DNA of 64,000 bases from the human T2T-CHM13v2.0 reference genome, Homo sapiens. Below the pieces are notes generated by a model. The model was not told where the DNA came from, did not search any database, and saw only the letters and a list, made by a program, of their open reading frames with translations. The DNA is taken from the NCBI RefSeq assembly GCF_009914755.1, contig NC_060926.1, one strand, 5' to 3'. A program made the translations under genes and the position numbers. Of the stretch, positions 1 to 13,274 are shown piece after piece (positions within the stretch are counted from its first letter, which is position 1; every line of letters begins with the position of its first letter).

Positions 1-201
1 ATCAGACCTTTGACAGGATAAGGACTGCCCATCAGTGCTAAGAAATTAATCTTATGCCCAAACATAAGGCAGTTCCCCACTTTCCCAAAGAAAAGCTTTC
101 CAAAAACTTTTTAGCCAACCTGAATATATTAAATTTTTTTGAATATAGATGCAACAAAAAAGTATACTTACAATGTTTAATTATTTTAGTTTCAAATGTT
201 A

Positions 202-364
<163 letters not shown>

Positions 365-2527
365 AAAATGTTAATTTAGAAATATTTCCACTTATATTTC
401 ATGAGTAATTATTCAAACTTGTTCTGGGCAGCTTTGCCTCCCATGTTTTTTTTTCAGTGTAGTTTTTTTTTTTTTAATCACTAGAGTGACTTTTTGAGTC
501 CTCTGACAATTTTTTGGAACGTCATGGCACTTTTTGAATGTGAGGATTAGACCTTCCCTGGGAATTCTATCCCAAGTTGAAGCAGGTGTTTTTGGCTTTT
601 TTTTTTTTCATTTGGTTTATAGGTAAATATTCACAGTCTCTTTGCAATAATTTGTTATGATTCTTGTTAAAGTGACCTTCAAAAGTCTGTTTATAATAAC
701 ATACAGACACTAAAATTTATACTACATCATATTTGTGTTAATTAGAGTCTTCTTACTGATACAGAATCTATCAGTGGATATATTCGATATCTTGAATAGA
801 AGGCAACACCTTGTTGAGGGCTAATGAGGGAGGAGGGAAAAGATGGCATAGACAAAAAATTTTACTGTACAAAATTCTCATTTAAAACCCCTCAGCTTGT
901 TATATTGCACGTATAAGCATTTCTGTAGTGGCTGTTTGGTAGCCTATGTCTGTGAATGTAGGCAGAGGTCTCTTGATGGAGCCCAAAGACAGAACACCGG
1001 GTCTTCTGCTGAGTCTTTTGGGCCCCGCAAGAACTCTGACCAACATCCTTCACCACTTTCCAAACACAAGGAGCCGTAAGCCCCTTCTGACCACCTTTCT
1101 GCCAATCTGCTGTTGGGCTTTTGTGTAGTTTAATGAGCATAGAGTCATTTGGAAATATGCACTGCGCTTCACAAAAAGAAAGAGTAATATAATCAGAAAT
1201 GATTATATTTCAGCACTTCAGCACTATTGCTACTATTAATGTCCATTATCACTGTATTACCTGAAATGTGTTTAACAATCACAGTCACTAATCAAGGTGC
1301 CTGTCCTGGAAAATGTGTATTCTCTCCATCTGGATCACACTATGTATTGTGCTGTTACTGTTTTAAATTTTTTTCAGATAATTGGAACCTGCTACTTCAT
1401 ACTTTGAAAAGTAATGTAGCGGGTGAAGCCCTGAGAGGTTCAAAGCCTATGCTTCCATCAGGGAAATAATGCAATTTCCATGCAAAATGATTATAATATT
1501 ATTCAGTGATTACATGGGGGTGGAGGGTAGTCTGTTTTTGTTAGACTTTTGAAAGTGGCAAATTGAATTCCATCCAAGTAATCAGAGGTTATGAGTTTCC
1601 AGCACAGTGTGTTTGCACTTGTTGGAGGCTCATTTCCCCAGGGTCTCTGCAAGCCCGGAGCCCCCGGAGCCCCCAGAGCCCTTGCTGACCACTTGGGACA
1701 GACGTGAAGGGCCAGGGAATTAATTCCCCGCCAGCAGCTTTCAGCCCATGATAAATGGGAGGTGGAGGAAACACTCCAGCTGCCTTCGGGGGGGATAACT
1801 CTGAGACCCCCTCCTCCCTGTCTCCCACAGGTCCCCAGTGGGTGAGATTGGCCCCACTTGCCTGCTCATTTGGAGCAATCTGTGTTGACTTCCTTCACTC
1901 CCTCCCGTCCCCACTCCCCTGCCTAAGCTTTCTGAACCACTGTTCAAACAGAACACTAGCCTCAGATCCTCATCTAGGTTCTGCTTGACAAGAGAGGCAC
2001 ACGTGGCCTCCCCACTTTCCCCTTCCCCTTTTTGAGGGCATCCAGGGGCCTCTCTGGATCCTTCTTTCCTATAACCCATTTTGTGGAGGGTTCTTGGCAG
2101 CACCCAGAAGTATTTGTGTTTTAAGGCATCGTCATTCTGAAAAATGAAAAGTCTGAACATTTCTTATGGTCAGGAAGTTGATGGGTGTAATTTATTTTTC
2201 CCACCTCTTCTCTTAATTATTATTACTCCATTCAAGTGAGACAAGATGATTTAATCCAGGCTGTATTTAAAATGCCCATAATCAATGCTCTCATTCTGAG
2301 CATGTATCTATGTGCTCTTAGATAATTTATGTATAATTTTAATAGATTCGTCAACAGCAGCCCTTCCTCATCTAAACAGGCTGCTTGCAGACAGATCGCT
2401 TAATTTGCTTCTCAATGTTATTTTTCATACATGGTTGCTGCACGGCCGACAGATAGTAGATGATCCCATTACGAACACATTTGACACGGCCTCTACTGTG
2501 GGGATGAGCAAACTCGAGGTCTCGTAC

Positions 2528-3096
2528 TGTGGCAGGCAGGGTATGGCCCCCTCTCACTCAGAAGGGTCAGATCCCAGAGAACAAAGCCACCAGGAAGGTG
2601 CTGAAGCTAGTCCTGGCAGCGTTTGGGTGCTGATGGGAGCCCTGGCATCCTGCTAGAGCAAACAGGAGGCTGTCAGTGCTGCACCCATTTTCCAGCCAGG
2701 GCATCACCTGCTCATGCCTCTCACCTGCTCACGCCTCTCACCTCCTGCCTCTCTGTGTGTGAGGGCACCTAGCAGGCAGGCTGGAGGTGTGGGGGCATTC
2801 ATACTGCAGAAACAGCCCTCTATCAGCAAGAGGCAGGAGGCAATGCATAAATACCCCGGCTTCCTCGCCTCATCGTGAGACAATTTCAGGTGCACTCTGC
2901 ACGACTCTCAGAGGGTTCCCAGCAGGACAGAGCCCCAGCTGGCCCCAGCAGTGACCCCATGGCAAAAGCGTCCTCAGTTGGCTTTTCTCCTGTCCTGTCT
3001 CATACCCTAGTGCTTCCTTGGATCAACTCCCAAAGAAACCACTTCTGTCAAAATCTTGTTTCAGGATCCCCTTTAGGAGGAGCCCAAATGAAGACA
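2528..3096 (+). mobile_element. Old ERVL solo LTR, LTR16-like
   Basis: ATAAATACCCC...GAGACAATT core and 3' end GGAGCCCAAATGAAGACA resemble LTR16; 5' boundary uncertain. Confidence 0.6.
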
Positions 3097-4314
3097 TTTG
3101 CCCCTCTGAATTTCTTCACGTTGATCTTTCAGGCACCACCTTCCTCCAGGACCCCGCTTAAGCCCTGCTGTGAAGTCGTCCTACTCCCTCTGGCCCAGAA
3201 ACTCTCCTCCTCTGGCCATCTTCAGTCCCACTAGCTTAGTTAACTTAGCCTGCACCATCAGCAGCCTTATCTGTCCCCTATTTCTGCTTGTGGGTGTGTG
3301 ATGGGGCAGGTGCCAATCCCGCCACCTTCCCGCTGACTTTCATGTGTGTCTCAGAGGTGACGGTGTTCATCTCAGTCCTCAGTCTGGAGTGCAGACAAGA
3401 GACGTCGAGCAGGGTAAAGGATGGGTGGCCAGATAATGCCAAGAGTACACTCTTTAAGGGAAAAAAAAATCACAGAGAAACGCCTCCTTCCAAAGACCAA
3501 TGTGAGTGCTGATGGATTACTTGCACCATTTCCGTCCGCTGGGGTAATTGCAAGATGAGTGCATTGTGTTCCAAAGGAGAAATATTCTGTAGATGTGGTA
3601 ATCTTTGCCATGCAGGCTCGTGACAGAGAGAACCACATCAACTTCTAAATTTTCTCAATGGAGTGCAATGTGTGTAATGTGTAATAAAATATAAATAAGC
3701 CTTTAAGAAGCATCTATGTGTTTCTTTTTATCAACCTTTAGATGCGTTAAAGCGAAGTACAATTTTATATGAATTCTAGATGATATGTAGTATTTTTATT
3801 TGCTACTTCATTGCTAAATGTTTCATATAAAACTGAAGAGAAAAAAATACACAGTCCCACATATAAAAGAAGAAGCAGATGGCTAAATATGACCGTGGGA
3901 GAGAAGCAGTGAATGGTGTAGGTTCAGAAAGGAGGCTCTCCCCTACCGTGTGTGGGCCCGAGATGGAGAGGAGGGAAATTTGTATGTGCAGTTACCTGTG
4001 TTCATTAGCTGTTTGTTTCCACTGTGTTAAAGTAGGCCATTAGTATTCATAAGAATCTACAGGTATCTTTGTTATGGTTTTTTTATCTTTTAAATGTACA
4101 TATAAAGAGTATGTATTATTTATAGATGTATTTGGATTTAGAAACATCAAGCTTGAAAAATAATGCAGCAAGGAATATTTGATTTAATGCTTACTAGGGA
4201 GGGGAGAGGACCAGGACTTTCTGCAGGAAGGAAGACTGGGTTGGGATGTTATCTGACCTTTCTGGGGGACTTTCCTGGAAGCTCTTTAGTGACAGTTACA
4301 GTGTAGAAAGATCT

Positions 4315-4420
4315 TGGGTGAAAGAAAGGACAGTGGCCAGAGAGTTAGGAAGCCCCGGGTCTCATCCCAACTCTCCTGCTGACTGGCTGTGGGACCTGAG
4401 CTTGTCACTCACCCTCTCCT
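4315..4420 (+). mobile_element. MIR fragment
   Basis: GGGTCTCATCCCAACTCT...GGCTGTGGGACCTGAGCTTGTCACTCACCCTCTC resembles the MIR core. Confidence 0.55.
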
Positions 4421-4472
4421 GTCACTCAGCCTCTCCTGTCATTCACCCCCTCCTGTCACTCACCTTCTCCTG
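4403..4472. repeat. 17-bp unit minisatellite, about 4 copies
   Basis: Unit CTCCTGTCACTCACCCT repeated with 1-2 mismatches. Confidence 0.85.
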
Positions 4473-5404
4473 CCTTTGGTGACCCTGCCTGGATCCAGAC
4501 ATCAATTCGTGCCAGGCTGTGGCTCCATGATGGGTACCTCCGTGCTGACTGCTGCTCAGCTGCTGGCCTCCTTTCCAGAAGAGCAGTCAGGGTGGTAAGC
4601 CATCCCGCGTGTTTCTTCAGATGGATCACAGAGCCACAGTGCGATCAAGCCACTTACCTACACACATTGGTAGAGACCAGGAAAACAGAATTAGCTTCTC
4701 ATTCTATTTCCAGCTCCTAGGCTCTTTCCATATTGGCCAAGAAAAGCAGAGTACTTACAGAAATTCCTAGTTAATGGCATCTTTCTGCCTGTGTATGGAG
4801 AAACATGCCTGTCTGTAGTTTATTTTTAAATGAATAACTCATCATATTTGGGTAAAAAGTCCTGTAATCTCTAAAGCCTTTCTTTCACAATTTTTTTTAT
4901 TCTGAGAGTGTAGAAAACAGCCTCAGATCTATTCAAATAAAATAGCTTTTTTACTGAGTGAGGAAGCAATGCATTTTAAGACCCACTTGTGTTGGGGAAG
5001 GGGTTTTTGGCCACTGGCTCTGTAGGCTTGGGCTCAAAGGAAAGGCAGAATCATGAAATAGAAGCTGTAGCAGCATCTGCCCGAAGGTCTTGATTTTGGT
5101 TTACCAATCGCTGGCTGCAGGCGGGATGGGAACAGGGGCTCTGTGAAGGCTGAAATTCAGGGAGAGAGCTGGAGGGAGCGGAGAGTGGTCGCTGACCAGT
5201 GTGAAACCAACCCAGCACTCTTGCACACGTGATCAGCCCGTTGGTTCCACCGCCTTCTGAGGAAGACCCCTCTTCATTCATTTGTGCCCTCCGTGCCCAC
5301 TTCTTTGGCGGGGTGGTGGAAGAGAAGGCTCCATCTAGTGTGACTCCCAGCCATCCCCATGGCACTATAGGTATTTTGTTCTTCAATGAGCAGGCATGAT
5401 CATT

Positions 5405-5650
5405 ATAATGGTTATTGCTGCCATGTGTATGTGCCATAGACTATGTTAAGTTTCTTTCTTATGGTAGAACATTCAACTCTCAGAACAACCATCGATGTTT
5501 AGTGGTATCATCCCCATTGTATAGAAGAGGAGCTTGAGGCAGGGACTGGGAGTGGAGGGTGGGCAGACGTGGTCATTGCCATCAAACGGCAGAGCTGAGA
5601 TTTAGATGCAGCTCCCTCAGATTATAAATCTTCCATGCTCCTGACCACTA
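5405..5650 (-). mobile_element. MIR
   Basis: CATCCCCATTGTATAGAAGAGGAGCTTGAGGC...GGCAGAGCTGAGATT resembles the antisense MIR core. Confidence 0.65.
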
Positions 5651-7744
5651 CACAGGCTGAGCCAGCCTCTGAACTGGTGTCTCCGAGACTAGGATGGAAA
5701 CCCAAAATGAAGCTCAGGTGGTGCTGTGCAGACCAGGAGTGAGGCTACAGGATTCAGACTTGGGAGAAGATCTCTGCATCTCTGTAAGGGGACCAGCAAA
5801 TCACGAAGTCTAATAGCCCACCTTGTTTTACCCTGTGAAGCCATTCTGTTCCCATCATTCCTCTTTAAAGCTATCAAGAGGCCATGCCCTAAAGGGGTGG
5901 GGCTTCAAGAGACACCGCCCCCCTCCCCGCCGAGCATCAGCAGCTATATCTGTGGACCAGACTGGCTCATTCCAGACCCTAGGAGTGAGCTACTATGCTG
6001 TCTGTTTCTCCTGTCCCCACGGCCGTCTCCAGCCCCCCGACACCTATAGCTTTGGTCTGGCTAGAGGGCTTGTGGTGTTTTCTGATGTGGCTGGCTATTT
6101 GAGTGCTTGGGGTGCAGGTCACAGGCTCCCCTGAAGAACCGGGCCAACAGTTCCAGGGCTGATCACCAGGCAAAAGACAGACTTCAGACAAGAAACTGGA
6201 ACAGGGAAAGCCGAAGGCAACACAGAAGCCCTGCTCTCTCTGGGCTCTGCTTACGGCGTCCAGACTTGAGGTGGCCTCTTTCCTGGGTGCGAGTTTCTGT
6301 CTGGTGGATGCTGAGGACTTGGGATGGGCCTGACCAGGCCCCTGGGGCCCTCCTGGAAAACCGGCCGGGAGCCAAGTTGTCTGGCTGTGTGTTGCTTTCT
6401 TCTCATGGCTCTCGCCTATTTCTTTGCCTGTTGTTTTGCTTTACTCCACAAGACTCCAGTCAAGTCTTGTTTAAATGTTATAGCCTGGTCCCAGGAGTGT
6501 CAGGGAGAGTCGAGGAAAGCTGTGTCCACACTGGAGTCAGACTTTTAAAGGGGCAATGCCCCTGAGGGCACCAAGGCAGCGGGAGTGGAGCCTCTATAGA
6601 TGGGAGTAGGCGCTGTGAGTCTCTGACTCCCCACCCACATGGTGACCTGGAGGGTGTTGGAGAAAAGGCTACTGTGTGTTGCTCAACACCCGCACCCACC
6701 GCAGTCCAACTTGAGAGAGCTGGCAGCTGGCCTGCCCGTCAGGGAATCAGGGATGTGGGCACCTGCCCTGCCTCATGGGGTTCGTGTGGCATCTAATGAG
6801 GGAGAGAAGATGCAGGAGCACGCCACGCAGCCCGCAGCACCAGGCAGAGGCGAAGCATCCTTATGAAAAGCTGAGATTTATGGGTCTGAAGGAGAAGCAA
6901 CATCTGGGAAGGAATTATTGCAATTTACAGGGAGGATGGAGGCCTGTTTATAAGAGCAAAATCTGGAAGCAGTGTCTGATTTTTTTTTAAACTGGTTTAT
7001 ATTCCAATCATCAACCTATGGTGTGAACATCTTCCAGATGTTCAAAGAAAAATTGTGGAAAATGAGTTGAACCGTGGAGGCAATTTCCTTTTTTGAACAG
7101 AGCTTTACTCTTTACTGAGCATCTACTACGTGCCAGGTGGGTCCTCCCTGCCGACATCTTCAGTGCTGCTGTGGGTGAGTCAAGCTTTGGTAGGTCCAGT
7201 TGGCACCTTTGGCTTCTTTTTCTTCATCTTGTGGAAATGCAAGGGTCATTCCGGTTCTGCTTCCAGTGATGGGCGAATCTGTATTAACTGGTAGAGTGAG
7301 GGTGGGGGGATATGTGCCAGCATTGAGTGGCAGGGCTGAGTTGGGTGAGTTCGAGTTCATTTCATTTTGGGGGGGTCTGCTGTGTATCAAAAAAAAAAAA
7401 AAGATTTTAAGAGGATTTTGGTTTGCAACTTTTTTTCCTGAAACCTTTCATGCTGGGTTTATGGTGGAGTCATGTCATGGCATAACTTAGGATCCAGTCC
7501 AACTATGAACACCTCATTTTCTTTATCTTCCCATTCTCCTCGCCCCAAACCATCCAAGGCAACTAGGAGATGGGCCCTTTGGTGCTGTGCTGGCCCAACA
7601 GGAAGCCTCCTTGGGTGGCACGTGTGTCCTTATTGTGATAGTCTCCAGTATTTTGCCTGGAAAGTTTCGTACTCCAGAGAGTGCAGAAAGAAGTGTCCAG
7701 GGAGGAGTTTTCACGAGGAGAAGGGTGACGGCAGCTGGAGGCCC

Positions 7745-7960
7745 AGGAACAAAAGCCTGGAATGGGAGGCACAAAATCCAGGCTTGCTGTTCAGGCTCCC
7801 TCTTTGACTTGCTGTGTGACTTTGGACAACCTTTTTTTGCCATGAGCCTCTGTTCCCTCATCTGTAAAATGAGGATTACAAAAGTAATCAACTCATAAAT
7901 TTGTTAGAACAGGTAAATGAGAAAATAAGAATGGGCTAGGCTTTGTAAACTTCAAGCCTT
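7745..7960 (+). mobile_element. MIR
   Basis: GCTGTGTGACTTTGGACAA...GAGCCTCTGTTCCCTCATCTGTAAAATGAGGAT. Confidence 0.8.
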
Positions 7961-9759
7961 ATGAAAACATTGTTACCTCTCAAATCGGTCAGCCTGGCTT
8001 CTGCAGACACTGTCTTTCTTTGAATACAGCCTACAAAAAGCATGCCAGGAGCTGCATCCCTACCAGCTGAAAATAACGGATCTCATCAGTGGCCAATTGT
8101 GGCTCCTTAATGGAATAGGCAATCTCTGCGTTGTGCTGGGTGGACTCTCATGACTTACTCCATCTTTGCATCTTCACTCTCCCCTTTAAAAAGCAGTGCC
8201 TTCCGGACCCCGGCTCATGAACTGTCGTGAACCTGATGGATAAACCTTCTGAGAATGTTTATTTTTGTGTTGGCAAGAAGCCTGCAGGCTTTGGTGAACC
8301 CACAGTTGATATTATTAATGGATGGATGGCCTGTTTTTCTCTCGTCTTAAAAAGAATATGAATGAGCGTTCCCCTTGCAGGACACACTGGGAGCAGGCGT
8401 TCCTGCCCAGGGTCAGAGGTGCCGCAGAGTCCCATATCTGGGCTGACAGGAGGGTGGGCTCGGGAGCCGGTTTCCTCCCTACAGTTTACAGCCTCCAGTT
8501 CCTTTGCTTTTCTTTTCCAAGGAAGAAAGACTCTTTGTTGCCCAGTTTGCTGAGGGGTGCTGAACTTCTGGGTTCTGGACCCATAATTGGAGAGTGTGGT
8601 TACGACCCTGGCGGGGCTGCTTTCTGATGCTGTGTCAAACTGGAGGCTCCCTAATTGGTTTCTCCTCTCTTAAGGCAGTTTCTCTCCCCTAAAAACATGG
8701 TGTATTTTATAAAGAAGTAAAAAATCCTGGGGCCCTTGTTCATAATTCTCTTGACCATCAGTTTGGTTCATGTTAGGAACTATCTTTATTTATAGACTTA
8801 GAGGTAAAATGGATCTCAAAATTTTTCTCTAGTTTCATTTTGAAGCTCTCCAAGCATTTAACCCAAATAGCCCATTCAAGGGTCTTGCTTTCATATTGGT
8901 CTTAATGCCTTGTCAAAGTCAATTAACATCTCTTGAGTACCTTGGGAAGCTGAAAGTCCTAAGACCCCTTTCACAAGCAGTGACTGACTACCTACTGTAT
9001 TTTTTAAAATAAATTAGAGTCCTCTGTCCTTTAGCTTTTACGATTTGTTTTCCTTAAGACTGTAGGCTGCCGTTTGATGAAATTAGTGGAAGGGAAAAGG
9101 TCAATTTGGCCAAAAGTGTCACAAATTAAGCCCTGAAGCAATCTCTTTATTCACCTGGAGATAGAAAACCATACCTGCCTCCCTGTGATTTCCTGGGTTC
9201 ATTCCTGGGATTCATTTTCCCAGGCCATGATCTTTGGAAACGTTAAGATTTTACAGTGTTAACTTGGGAACAAAATTATTACTAAAAATTGGTTTCTAGT
9301 AATTTATTTTTAAATCACTTTTAAATACCATGTATCTCATTAGAGTGGGACATGCTTAGGTGCATGGATGTAGCTTATAGGCCTCCCAGAAAGGACAATA
9401 ATGAGTCAAGGATCGTTTATACACCGCTACATGATGGGTGCTATGGACCAGAGATTCCAAAAGATACTGTCTATTAAGCCCAGGGTCTAACTGCAAGGCG
9501 TGGGGGTTGGGTGGGTGGGAAAAGAACAAGAAAGGAAAGATGTGAAAAAATAAATAAAATCACTGAGGCATAGACTGATGCTAAATGTTAACCGAGAACA
9601 GTTAGAAACCCTTTCAAGGAAAGAGTTTCTGGTTGGGGTCGGCAAAGATGTCGGGAAGCAGGTGTGCTTGCCCTGGACTTTGAGCAGGTGATGGCACTTC
9701 TGAGATGGTGATGCTGAGATGGAGGAAGAGGAGGAGGATGTCACGGGTTCTCTAGTTTT

Positions 9760-10127
<368 letters not shown>

Positions 10128-10250
10128 AAAAAGAATGGGAAACAGAGGTTCCTAGGAGTTAAAGAACTTACCTGCTGTCACAAAACTAAGTGTCAGTGTT
10201 AGAATTCTAATTCAGATGTATCTGATTCCAGGGTCTTGCTTTTAACCCTC
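10128..10250 (-). mobile_element. MIR, interrupted on its left by the Alu+L1 insert
   Basis: GGGAAACAGAGG...GTCACA...CTGATTCCAGGGTCTTGCTTTTAACC. Confidence 0.6.
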
Positions 10251-10258
10251 TCTGTGAA

Positions 10259-10770
10259 TGTATCTATCGGGGTCTTGAAATAGACATATTCAAATGTGTA
10301 ATTTGGAGAGAGTTAAGTAAAATGACTATCCACAAAGATGAATAGGCACAGTATAGAGAAACCATCATAGCACAGTGCCCCCAGGCTGATGATGGGATGA
10401 GGGGAATTACTGCCTTTGAGCATAATGGTCAGGGGAAGGAGCTATTACAGGAATCCAGAGAGAGAGCCTTGTGGAGCTCCTTGTTCCCCAGCTAGAGCCA
10501 TGACCTGCAGGTGAGGGACACCCTGCTCATGAAGACGCAGAGAGGGAGGGGAGCAGGGGAACCAACAGTCAACCCTGACCCTGTCCCCAGTCTCCTGCTA
10601 GTGCTTGCATGGGCTGAACCTAACCAGAAGTCAGAGGGTCCAAAACATGAGGGATGCTCTCCATACAGGTCAGGTGAGCCTCCCAGGGCTCGCCTGGGAG
10701 AGGTGGGGAAGAACAGGGTGGGGAAGGTGGAAGGCAGGTCAAAAGGGCCCAACACAAAACATCCAGTACA
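10259..10770 (-). mobile_element. ERVL solo LTR, LTR33-like
   Basis: TG...CA ends; CTGAACCTAACCAGAAGTCAGAGGG...CCATACAGGTCAG...ATCCAGTACA matches recalled LTR33. Confidence 0.65.
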
Positions 10771-11134
10771 GTCTATAATAGCCAATGGGTCATTCACTTC
10801 CAGACCTTTTCATCAGCACATGAGGAAAAGTCCCAGAGAACTCAGCTGTGCATGTGGTTTATTTTTGTTCAGAACTGTTTCAGTTGTCTCCCCTAGAGGT
10901 AGGGACCACAGAGATGGAAGGGCAAGGCCACTGTCGTCAGGACAGGCGTAGACAGCCTGTGCTTCCTTCCCACCACTGTCCCTCTAGGCTACAGTCTAGC
11001 CTATTCCATATTCATTCGGCACAGCCTGGAAAGGAAGTGGATTAACCCGACATGAACTCTGAGGGTTTTGGCTCAAGAAATTGGGAGCCACTTCTAAAGA
11101 TGGTGGCTGGGATCTTTGGGCTCTCAAGTTAGTA

Positions 11135-11657
11135 GACTTCACAGTAGCCTACAGGGCCCTACGCAATCAGGATGCTCACCACTCTGGCCTCACCTCTTAC
11201 TAGAATCTCCCTCCACCAGCCACAGTGGCTTCCTTGGTGGTCCTGGAACATACCAGCCATGTTCTCACTGGCTGTTCCCTCTGCCTAGAACACTTAGGGC
11301 CAGATGCCCACACGACCTACTCCTCATCTTGAAGTGTGTGCTCAAATGTCCTCCACTCACAAGACTGGCCCTGCCCACCCTACTTAAACTGCACCACAGG
11401 CCCCCCGACAACATGCACCCTACCCTGCTCCATTTCTTCTCTAATAAATTGCATATACTACCTTCCAAAATATGATACAATTTTCACTACTTTTTAAGTG
11501 TATTGTATATTCTGTGTTTCCACCCTCTAGAATATGAGCTCCCTGAGGGCAGGAGTACCTTTCTCTTTTGTTCACTCATGTATTCCCAGTGCCTTGAACA
11601 TACTGCCTGACACATAGAGGGAATCAATATTTATTAAATGAATGAATGAATGAATGA
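11135..11657 (+). mobile_element. L2 3' end
   Basis: GGCTGTTCCCTCTGCCTAGAAC, CTAGAATATGAGCTCCCTGAGGGCAGG, terminal (GAAT)n. Confidence 0.85.
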
Positions 11658-12933
11658 GATTCTCAAGCACCTAAAAATGGTTTGACCCCTATCTCCTAGA
11701 CCTCTCTGTTCACCAGCACTTATCTGCCAAGGATCTTTCCCAGAATACATCGATCACCAGTATTGCCAATACCTTGTGGTCAAAGTGATCAGTTTCTCCT
11801 TGTGCTTCACCTTGGAGAGGAAATGTACTCGCCACTTTGGTTCTGTGTCAAAATTAAATGGCGACCTTGGCTGATTTTGCTTCCCCGCAGAGGTTATTTC
11901 TTAGTCGTAAAGAGAACATTCTATCCTTGAGAAAAATAATATTTTTGCCACCTTCAGCTTGAAAATGGCTATTTGATATGGATCACGTGCATCTCTATCA
12001 GCGGCCGCTGGAAAAGCTTAGGTTGAGAGGATCTGAGAAAGACTCGTTGCGTTGTCAGAGGGAAGCTGACCATAAGGCAGAATGAGTTTACAATAACTTA
12101 TTTACCTGTCCAAATCCTTCATATCACATTAAAGCTTTCCCCTGCTACCCGGGACTCTGGAGTGCTAAGAGGAAAAAGGAAAATCAATTGATAATGATAT
12201 ATTTGGTTTAAAAAAATATATTGATTCCCAGGTAATGACAGTCGTGCGTTTTGCAGTGGGGGATGCCATTTCCCGTTGTGAAGATGGCTTTCTCATAGAT
12301 TACATTTAAAAGAAGGAACCAGGAGTAGCTCTGCCTCCCCGTAATAGATAGCCTCTTTCTCCTAGGTATTAAATCTATAATTTAAAAAAAAAAAAAAATT
12401 CTCCCCAGGGAACCTATTCTTTGCCTCCTCAAGGTCTTCTTGCCCATTGTGTGAAAAAAGTAATGATTTGTTTTTGTAATTCTAGAGTTTGTGTCCTTTT
12501 CAGTATTAGATTAAAGACTTAAATGTTTTCTTTTTCCCCATTGCTGGAGTTTCTTAGTTTGGATTAGATGGAAGACAATACCATTGTTCTCTCTGTTATT
12601 CAGTGTCAATGGCTCAATGGTGGGGATTAGGGCTGTGTGTATTCGGAGGATGGGCGGGGGATGCCTCATATCTGCCACTCGGAGTACTCTGCTACCCACT
12701 TCGCCCCACTTTGCATGTGCTGGCAGAGTTTGTGCACAGCCTGTGTGAGATAATCCACAGTATGCAACTCAGCATCAGGGATATCTGAGGCAGAGACTAG
12801 CATCCAGTTAGTGTGGGGACCACCCAGGATGCTGGAATTCAAAAGACATCTTTTTGCAAAAAAAAAAAAAGAAAAGAAAAAAAATTAGACCTTTTCCCCA
12901 CCCCTACCCCACTGTTTTTCCCTCTCTTTCTAG

Positions 12934-13041
12934 ACTATCTGGCTTCCTGGTGATGCTCACGCTTTGCTAAGTGTTGGCGGCCATCGTGGTTTTCGCATCC
13001 TGGGGACGAATCCTGAGCTTGCCAGAGACGGGCGGCGCAAG
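12934..13041 (+). other. KLHL29: Internal non-coding (5'UTR) exon of host gene, 108 nt
   Basis: Long pyrimidine tract ending TTTTTCCCTCTCTTTCTAG|A (acceptor, AG at 12932-12933). Donor CAAG|GTAGGT at 13041/13042. 8 CpGs in 108 nt against a CpG-poor background. Sequence recognised from memory as the KLHL29 5'UTR; not database-verified. Confidence 0.82.
12953..12970 (+). other. uORF (MLTLC*) inside the 5'UTR exon
   Basis: ATG CTC ACG CTT TGC TAA read directly; G at -3. Confidence 0.6.
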
Positions 13042-13274
13042 GTAGGTCTCTGCTTAGCTCACCTGGAAATAAGAAAGGCATCAGACCTGAGCATAGCCAG
13101 CTCTCTCCTCTCATGCTAAATGTGTGGGGGAAGGGAAGAAAGTACAGTAGGTCCCCTCGCCCTCTTCCTCAGTGCGATTTTACCACAGGCGTGTGTGATC
13201 AACTGGTACTGGGGCTTAGCTAAGCCATTTTAGCCTCAATCCTCCTAGAATCAACCAAAGAGAATATCTATGAC

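Noticed and set aside
9502-9519. G-quadruplex motif GGGGGTTGGGTGGGTGGG (others near 27160 and 41914)
   Set aside because: Real motif, but common in GC-rich introns and not linked to any other feature.
12858-12883. A-rich tract just upstream of the exon acceptor
   Set aside because: No attached retroelement or TSD; simple low-complexity run, mainly an oligo-dT mispriming risk.
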